Of a stretch of 64,000 nt of DNA, positions 58,178 through 64,000 are shown piece by piece; the first letter of the stretch is position 1, and each line of letters opens with the position of its first letter. The translations under genes and the position numbers were made by a program. Under the pieces are notes generated by a model that was given only the letters and a program-made list of their open reading frames with translations, made no database searches and was not told the origin of the DNA. The stretch is taken from positions 44,944 to 108,943 of the forward strand of contig JADJNU010000004.1 of the NCBI GenBank assembly GCA_016714165.1. The letters run 5' to 3'. Source of the stretch: Bdellovibrionales bacterium (GTDB lineage Bacteria; Bdellovibrionota; Bdellovibrionia; Bdellovibrionales; UBA1609).

Positions 58178-58846
58178 CTATATAGATTTCCGTTTAGCGC
58201 GCGGTACATTTTCGAAGCTATAGCAAAGCCAGTTGAGAACTTTCGTAGAAGCCTGATTCAAATCCTCTTGTAGCTCATTGGTTCTGTTAGAAAGCACTGA
58301 ATACATGACAAGAGCTGGGATGGCGACGACAAGTCCATAGGCCGTACAGTTCATTGCTTCCGAAATTCCTGTTGAGAGAATTGTCGCCTTTTCAGCTCCA
58401 TTCGCTAAACTCACAGCTGAGAACGATTTGATCATCCCTGTAATTGTACCCAGGAGGCCAATGAGGGTTGATACGTTTCCTATCATCGACAATAAAGATG
58501 TCCTCTTTTCGAGTTTTGCATTTTCTGATGAAAGCACTTCTTCCATCTTTGCATGAATTTCATCTTTTCCGCCCAGGTTGATCGCCGATTGGATTCCTGC
58601 GACGGCCACTGAACCCAATGCATTTGATTGGGAGATGTTTCGAGCCTTGCTTAAGGCTTGATCGATTTGACCTTTTTTGATGTCGTCTTCAAAATGTCGA
58701 GCTAGCTTCTTTTGTCCTGGAGATCTCCTCAGATACAAGAAATAAGCTCTCTCGATAATGATAGCAATGGAAAATATGTGCACGCCCAAAATGGCATACA
58801 TCCAAATTCCGCCATGAGTGAAAGCCTCTGAAATATACGTAAACAT
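58178..58846 (-). CDS. MotA/TolQ/ExbB-family proton channel (AglR-like)
   Basis: 222 aa. Three TM helices. ..GISEAMNCTAYGLVVAIPALVMYSVL.. is the family signature. Confidence 0.85.
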   Translation of the reverse strand: MFTYISEAFTHGGIWMYAILGVHIFSIAIIIERAYFLYLRRSPGQKKLARHFEDDIKKGQIDQALSKARNISQSNALGSVAVAGIQSAINLGGKDEIHAKMEEVLSSENAKLEKRTSLLSMIGNVSTLIGLLGTITGMIKSFSAVSLANGAEKATILSTGISEAMNCTAYGLVVAIPALVMYSVLSNRTNELQEDLNQASTKVLNWLCYSFENVPRAKRKSI

Positions 58847-59042
58847 TTGATACCACCTCTCTCTGGGTTTAGTTCCTCAGTTGTCTATCGCAATGGCGAT
58901 GCCAGGCTAAAGCCACCGTTTAATGGCAATAGAAAGAAAAGAGGCTAAATGAATTTCAAAAGGAGTGACAATTATGGGAAGTTCGTTGCCTAGAATAGGA
59001 TTAGGCCGTTTTGAGGAGATTCAGGTCGAGTGACGCAAAAGT

Positions 59043-59453
59043 TCAATATCTGTATTTTTTGCGGGTCTTTTTGATTTCACCGCGCTGTTTTTTAGATTCA
59101 ATACGTTTTGTTTTTACAGCTTTTGAGGGCTTTGTTTTTATTCTCTTTTTTGGAATAGACAGGGCCTTCTCAATCATTTTCTTCAGTTTTGAAATGCAGA
59201 TTTCTTTGTTCTGTTCTCTGCTTCGATACTCTTCTGAAGTGAAAATAATGTATTCTCCCTTTTTTATGAGGGTTTGAAGCTCAGCGAGAGCTCTGGCCTT
59301 TTGGAATTGGGTCAACGCATGAGTTTTCGCGAGATTCCAACGGACTTCAGCTTTTGACTCAGTTTTATTGACGTGCTGACCGCCGGGACCTGAGCTGCGG
59401 CTATAGCGAAAATCCAGTTCGTCCAAGATTCGTTTCCATGTGAAAGGAGTCAC
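59043..59453 (-). CDS. arfB: ribosome-rescue peptidyl-tRNA hydrolase ArfB (YaeJ)
   Basis: 136 aa. GGQ motif in SSGPGGQHVNKTESKAEVRW. Basic C-terminal tail. Confidence 0.85.
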   Translation of the reverse strand: MTPFTWKRILDELDFRYSRSSGPGGQHVNKTESKAEVRWNLAKTHALTQFQKARALAELQTLIKKGEYIIFTSEEYRSREQNKEICISKLKKMIEKALSIPKKRIKTKPSKAVKTKRIESKKQRGEIKKTRKKYRY

Positions 59454-59525
59454 TTTTACCTCAAGTGCGAAAATGCTCTCTCTTCGAATATAAGCATCGA
59501 GCGCAAATACCCATGAGAATAAATT

Positions 59526-59996
59526 CTATTTCGTAGACGGGCGTTTGGCTACAAATTCTTCTCGGGGTCCGCCAAGGCTCCCTGAAACTCTAAGGATGAG
59601 GCCGTCCTGATAGCATTCGAAAAAATCCGTGGATTTTATTCTTGTCGCAATCTCCTTTTCGTACTTTCGCATCTTGATTTGGTTGCATTCAGGAGATGGA
59701 GTCTCATCCTGTGCAGCGTCTGTTGAGTACCAGCATTCTTCCGAATTTCTCTCGTGGCTTGAAAAGCGAAGAACGGTCGCTGTGCGATCTGATAAGACGG
59801 CATTTCCAAGGCAGACTTCGGTCACAGCACTTCCGGCGACTATGTTGTCCCCGCACCAAATCCAATTCAGGAGAGAGCCCCTCCTCTGCTGGCAGGTGGA
59901 GTTGAGAGTTTTTTGGGCTTGTGTCTTCATCAAGAAGCCACCTTGATCGCATGAAATGGAGAAGAAGATGAAGGGCAGGAAGAGGATGAATCTCAA
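59526..59996 (-). CDS. hypothetical lipoprotein
   Basis: 156 aa. Leader MRFILFLPFIFFSISC has a lipobox. Confidence 0.6.
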   Translation of the reverse strand: MRFILFLPFIFFSISCDQGGFLMKTQAQKTLNSTCQQRRGSLLNWIWCGDNIVAGSAVTEVCLGNAVLSDRTATVLRFSSHERNSEECWYSTDAAQDETPSPECNQIKMRKYEKEIATRIKSTDFFECYQDGLILRVSGSLGGPREEFVAKRPSTK

Positions 59997-60180
59997 AGGG
60001 GCCGCCTGTCGTCTTTGAGCTGAGGAACAAAGGTTAAGTTTGAATTGATGTTGCGGCGAGGGACCTTTTGCATTTTAATCAGGCTACCATCACATGATCC
60101 GTCTGAGCAGGTTTTGATTGTGATTGAGACTTAGGTACAGGAAGGAGAGATTATTGCGTATGATGCTGTATCTGAGCGAC

Positions 60181-60486
60181 CTATAGACCGTTTTGTCTGG
60201 AGCGTGAAGAGTTGTACACAAAAACGTCATTAGGTGAGTTACCTGCCACTATCTTTGATTTAATTTTTTTAACGAGAACCGGACGCAAACTTCGTTTCCT
60301 AAAGTTCTTAGACACAAATTTTCGCTTTGGCCGGGAGTTTTTGTCTGATTTCACTTGAGAGCTGGGCATAAACTGATTCGGTGTTGTTCGTGTAGTCAGT
60401 TGTTCCTGGTTCTTTGCAGTCGTACTTGACACTGGTTTGAGTGGATCTTCTGGAGGGAGAGTAAAGACAAGGCCGGCCGCAGACAA
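60181..60486 (-). CDS. hypothetical basic protein (start uncertain)
   Basis: 101-aa ORF with a TTG start in the track. The frame stays open upstream through a hydrophobic stretch (FQFVLIVLATALSAAGLVF), but I found no good start codon. Confidence 0.3.
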   Translation of the reverse strand: MSAAGLVFTLPPEDPLKPVSSTTAKNQEQLTTRTTPNQFMPSSQVKSDKNSRPKRKFVSKNFRKRSLRPVLVKKIKSKIVAGNSPNDVFVYNSSRSRQNGL

Positions 60487-61083
60487 CGCTGTTGCGAGTA
60501 CAATTAAAACAAACTGAAAGAGTCTGACGTCTTTATGTGCCAGTGTCCTATCCCCTTATTTGTCTCGATTCAAATGCTCCACATTCACTTCAGATAGAAT
60601 TCAAATTCCAGTCCAAGTGAAAAAACATAACCCATTGAAATCAGAATAGAAAATGTCCTGTAATGAAATCGAGATGCAAAACAAGTGAGCATTTATCTGT
60701 TTCACTTCGGGACATGTATTTTTCAAGACCATGGAAATACGGATGATTTTACAAGTCCAATCGATATCGTAAACCGATTCATGGTGTCGAGTTGCTGCAC
60801 GTTCAAAACTGGGACCACATGGGACCTGTCACTTCAGTTTTTTATTATGACCAGGTCATAACTTTCTGGAGACTTGAGGCCTCTCAATTTCACTCAGATT
60901 AGTCAAAATATTGATTCGAATCAGTAAATTAATTTTACTTAACTGAGAATATTGATTTTGATCGAAATACCTAACTCAAGGTTCAGTCTAAGCAGAAATA
61001 TTTTGTTATGAGAGAGAGGAATTCATATCATCATTGGGCAGGGTGCGATCACAAATTTTGCGAATAAATGGAGGTCATAAAAT

Positions 61084-61833
61084 TTGAAAATGGGAAGTGA
61101 CGACAGTGGCGGAGGGAGTGGATCCAAAGGGCTTTTGATGGGTCGGTCAATAGACGGACGGGCTGATCTGGCAAGAGCTTTGGATGAACTGAATCGTGAT
61201 CGAGTAATTTTAAAACTTTCTCCCGGTGAGGTGGTTTCATCTGATGATATGGAAGTTTTGAAGGTGGGATATGTCATGGAAGGATCCATTTCTCGCAAAG
61301 TGAGTAATGGTGGTAACCGATATTTTGTTGCCGCCATCATGGTTTCTGGGGATCTGATCGGGATTGATTGTCTGTTTGAATCACGGCATTCTCAGTGCGT
61401 TTACATTTCCAGGGAAGCGACGAGATTATGTCTTTTTCCAAGTGTCCGTGTGCGGGAGGTGATGGAGATTTCCAGTCAATTAGCGGAATCTTTTCTCGAG
61501 ATGCAGTCGCGCTGTATTCAAGAGTTTCTGAGTCATATGCAAGTCATGTCAAACAAAAGTCTCAGAGCTCGCGTTGCCGCGGGTATTCTTTATTTTAATG
61601 GAAAATTGGGATCGCGTCCTTGGACGAACAAGGAATTGGCAGCATGGGCAGGAGTGACTCAAGAGGGTGTCGGACGTTGCTTTACTGATTTTTTGGCGAA
61701 GGGGGTGGTGAGAAAGACAGGTCGGCGTACCCAAATCCAAAATCGTCAAGTATTAGAAGAAATTGCGAGCGAGTTTAAGGCCGACAAGGCTCCCCATTTG
61801 GTTTCTTACCTGGTTTCGACAAAAGAGGGGTAG
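61084..61833 (+). CDS. Crp/Fnr-family transcriptional regulator
   Basis: 249 aa. cNMP-binding-like beta-roll region, then a C-terminal HTH (TNKELAAWAGVTQEGVGRCFTDFLAKGVV). The start position is uncertain. Confidence 0.7.
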   Translation: MKMGSDDSGGGSGSKGLLMGRSIDGRADLARALDELNRDRVILKLSPGEVVSSDDMEVLKVGYVMEGSISRKVSNGGNRYFVAAIMVSGDLIGIDCLFESRHSQCVYISREATRLCLFPSVRVREVMEISSQLAESFLEMQSRCIQEFLSHMQVMSNKSLRARVAAGILYFNGKLGSRPWTNKELAAWAGVTQEGVGRCFTDFLAKGVVRKTGRRTQIQNRQVLEEIASEFKADKAPHLVSYLVSTKEG

Positions 61834-61916
61834 ATTATTTTTTGACACTGTGAAAGCATTGAACAGTGGATTAAATATTCGGGCTAATTTTTTCCAAATG
61901 AAACTGGGGGGTGACT

Positions 61917-62867
61917 ATGAAAAGGGGATTTTTCTTTCTTCAAGCCGAATTGATTGTGTTATTGACATCTGCTCTTGTTTCGCTTCAGTCAAACGCTCAC
62001 TCTCCTCAGAGCATTTTTGATAAAGATGGAAATCGGCTCCCTGACGATCAGGCTAACTCCAGTCGGGTTGCATGGGAATTGCTGTCTTTTGATCGTTCTC
62101 CAGAATGGGGAAGCATGGGACTTCTCAGTCAAGGATCATTTGGAGGCGGATGTTCAGCCACTTACATTGATGTGGGCGGGGCGGATGATGCACCGGTTTA
62201 TGTTGTTTCCAATGGACACTGTCTGATGGACGGCTTTCCACAGCCGGGAGAATTTTTGGTTGACCGAGCTCCCGCACGTGGATTGAGCTTTACGGCGCGT
62301 TTTTATGAAGATGCCGGAAATCGTAAAATTAAATATTTGGTCGAGAGAATCGAATACGCCACGATGACCGGGACTGATTTGGCCTTGATGAGACTGAGAG
62401 GAAAGAGAGTAGATTTGCGTTCGGTTGGTTTAAATGGCTTTCCGATCGCATCGGATGCCCCAATTTATGGAGAGAAGGTGGCAAATGTGGGAATCCCTCA
62501 AAGTGGCCTTTGGAGTCGTTACTTGAGAAAGAGCGAATGCCAAATTCTTGAAGTTGTTGACTTACTCGAAGGAGATTGGAGATTCGGGGGTTCAATGCGG
62601 AACAAGTGCAGTGTAGTGGGTGGGTCTTCTGGGTCATCTCTTGTTTCTTTGGTCACAGGTAAAATTGTAGCTCTGATCAACACGGGAGTGGATGATAGAG
62701 TGAGAACTCCCTGTCAGGAAAATCATCCCTGCGAAATTGAAAAGACGGGGAAAACATCCTCCCATCCTGAATTTAACTATGCGCAGAGAGTTCAGGAGCT
62801 AGCAACCTGTTTTGACGGACAAGGCGCATTTCGTCTGAACGATCCTCAGTGCCACTTAGTTCACTGA
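61917..62867 (+). CDS. secreted trypsin-like (S1 family) serine protease
   Basis: ATG 61917 (track GTG 61911). Signal peptide. His context VVSNGHCL, Asp context TDLALMRL, Ser context VVGGSSGSSLVS. Confidence 0.75.
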   Translation: MKRGFFFLQAELIVLLTSALVSLQSNAHSPQSIFDKDGNRLPDDQANSSRVAWELLSFDRSPEWGSMGLLSQGSFGGGCSATYIDVGGADDAPVYVVSNGHCLMDGFPQPGEFLVDRAPARGLSFTARFYEDAGNRKIKYLVERIEYATMTGTDLALMRLRGKRVDLRSVGLNGFPIASDAPIYGEKVANVGIPQSGLWSRYLRKSECQILEVVDLLEGDWRFGGSMRNKCSVVGGSSGSSLVSLVTGKIVALINTGVDDRVRTPCQENHPCEIEKTGKTSSHPEFNYAQRVQELATCFDGQGAFRLNDPQCHLVH

Positions 62868-63760
62868 TTGCTCACTGTCTGGAACAACATTGTTCGCTGG
62901 CCCGAGCCCTGTCCAAGACCCTCATGAGGGCGAGGTGGCTTCATCGACTTCGTGTGGGGATAGAGATTTGCGATGGCCATTGCATCGTAGAGAGAACATT
63001 GGGATTCCTCAGGCTTGTAGGACATGACACTTTCGAGTTCGAATTGGTGGTCGAGGGTTAAGAGATGTCCAAATTCGTGCCTGGCGGTTCGAACAAGACT
63101 TTTGATATAACCAAAAAAATCTCCATATTTTTCCCGCTCCTTTGCAAAAATAAAGATGTCGGAATCCTGCATTTGGTTGGTAATGAGATTCGACGTGCCA
63201 ATAGTGATGGCCTCTTTTGCAATTTGGGGATTTTGTTCCACTAAATAGTTGTCAACAATTTGAATACAATGAAAATTCAGGTCAGAAAATGGCGGGTAAA
63301 TATCCACCGCCTCGAGTTTGATTTCAAGGCGGTCGGTGAGTAACTGAGTCCAGCTGGCTACGGCCTCCCGAATGGTTTTTTCAATCTTCCTGGTCTCGGC
63401 TCCGCAAATCTTCACGGGGAGTGGGGATTTGTTGTTCCAGGGAATCTTCACTCCTTTTCCAAAAATGTAATTAAATACCTTTGTGCCAATGGGAATTGGA
63501 GGAGTTGGTTCATTTTTTGTCCAATAAAAAGCAACAAGAGTGGAGCCTGATTTTTGAGTTTCATAACGACCAAGAAAGCTCATCATTTGACAATCCTGAG
63601 AACAGCTAAAGTGAATGGGGGTAATAATAAGCTTCGTATCTTCATTTTTCTGCAGGGCGAAAATCTTAAGTTTTCCATTGGGATCAAAATTCAGTAAAAA
63701 CTTAATTTGACTCGGATCTTGCGATTCAAAACTCCAGACACCATTGGTTTTTTCAATCAT
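62861..63760 (-). CDS. metzincin-type zinc metalloprotease (matrixin/M10-like)
   Basis: ARHEFGHLLTLDH (HExxHxxxxxH) followed by SVMSY (Met-turn). No signal peptide from ATG 63760, so the true N-terminus is uncertain. Confidence 0.7.
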   Translation of the reverse strand: MIEKTNGVWSFESQDPSQIKFLLNFDPNGKLKIFALQKNEDTKLIITPIHFSCSQDCQMMSFLGRYETQKSGSTLVAFYWTKNEPTPPIPIGTKVFNYIFGKGVKIPWNNKSPLPVKICGAETRKIEKTIREAVASWTQLLTDRLEIKLEAVDIYPPFSDLNFHCIQIVDNYLVEQNPQIAKEAITIGTSNLITNQMQDSDIFIFAKEREKYGDFFGYIKSLVRTARHEFGHLLTLDHQFELESVMSYKPEESQCSLYDAMAIANLYPHTKSMKPPRPHEGLGQGSGQRTMLFQTVSNQ

Positions 63761-64000
63761 GTTATAGGTTTGTGAAACCTCAGGTTTCTTCTCCTGGCTT
63801 GGGTCCGTATCATTGGGGGCATTTTCTTTTCTAGATTCCGAATGGGTTTGGGAGGAACAACAACTTCCTTCTCCTTAAACTGGATAATTGATCTTAAAAG
63901 GTAGTTGTTTGTGTTGCGAATCTGATTCCCATCAAAAGGAGTTGAGGGTTCACCAGTGCTTCCGGAAATAAGATTCATGGGATCGCCATTAACAAAATAA
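63757..64000 (-). CDS. hypothetical protein, C-terminal fragment (start beyond the right edge)
   Basis: The minus-strand frame of ORF 63757..63978 remains open up to position 64000 (..YFVNGDPMNLISGSTGEP..). No family recognised. Confidence 0.25.
   Translation of the reverse strand, partial: YFVNGDPMNLISGSTGEPSTPFDGNQIRNTNNYLLRSIIQFKEKEVVVPPKPIRNLEKKMPPMIRTQARRRNLRFHKPIT

Noticed and set aside
63757-63880. Lipobox-like GSCCSS in the metzincin frame just upstream of its ATG, suggesting a longer lipoprotein precursor
   Set aside because: An in-frame TAA at 63875-63877 precedes it, with no start codon or hydrophobic leader in between. Only another frameshift could rescue it, which I cannot show.

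Overview
This 64-kb chromosomal window appears to come from a Bdellovibrio-like predatory bacterium. That assignment is an inference from gene content: many lipoproteins, several secreted S1, M48 and metzincin proteases, and an Agl-Glt-type gliding cluster.

Gene order, left to right:
- A secreted hypothetical protein, then an M48 peptidase with a small Cys-rich membrane protein.
- Three lipoprotein genes, xerD, a frameshifted comM/yifB, and tRNA-Cys(GCA).
- An accessory block of about 10.5 kb (10325-20819), described below.
- An ion-homeostasis stretch: corA, an HME-RND efflux operon with no adaptor gene, a CNNM/CorC transporter, a porin, and kdpFABCDE.
- A DUF3095-like gene, an S1 protease, and a long-form aromatic amino acid hydroxylase.
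- OMP, Cys-rich and beta-propeller envelope genes, and a cNMP-gated K+ channel.
- A translationally coupled gliding-motility operon of about 10 kb (48636-58846, minus strand) ending in a vWA lipoprotein.
- arfB, a Crp/Fnr regulator, another S1 protease and a metzincin.

Observations most worth a second look:
1. The accessory block is bounded by two outward-facing IS66 left ends and an 8-bp direct repeat (GGTCTGGA). That is the signature of a composite transposon.
2. Inside the block, insertion sequences are nested: an intact IS66 sits inside a dead IS66, which sits inside an ISL3 transposase gene, next to an IS256 remnant.
3. A GNAT gene in the block is bracketed by perfect 135-bp direct repeats.
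4. A pair of roughly 330-365-bp inverted repeats with nucleotide-level (not protein-level) conservation brackets a promoter, a secreted ORF and a hydrophobic micro-ORF. I could not match it to any family I know.
5. A transmembrane-helix plus NCSDYEPY module occurs twice, with a 25-nt island of perfect identity.

At least five otherwise intact genes carry single-nucleotide frameshifts, so assembly indel errors are a real possibility. No CRISPR array, rRNA or prophage was seen.
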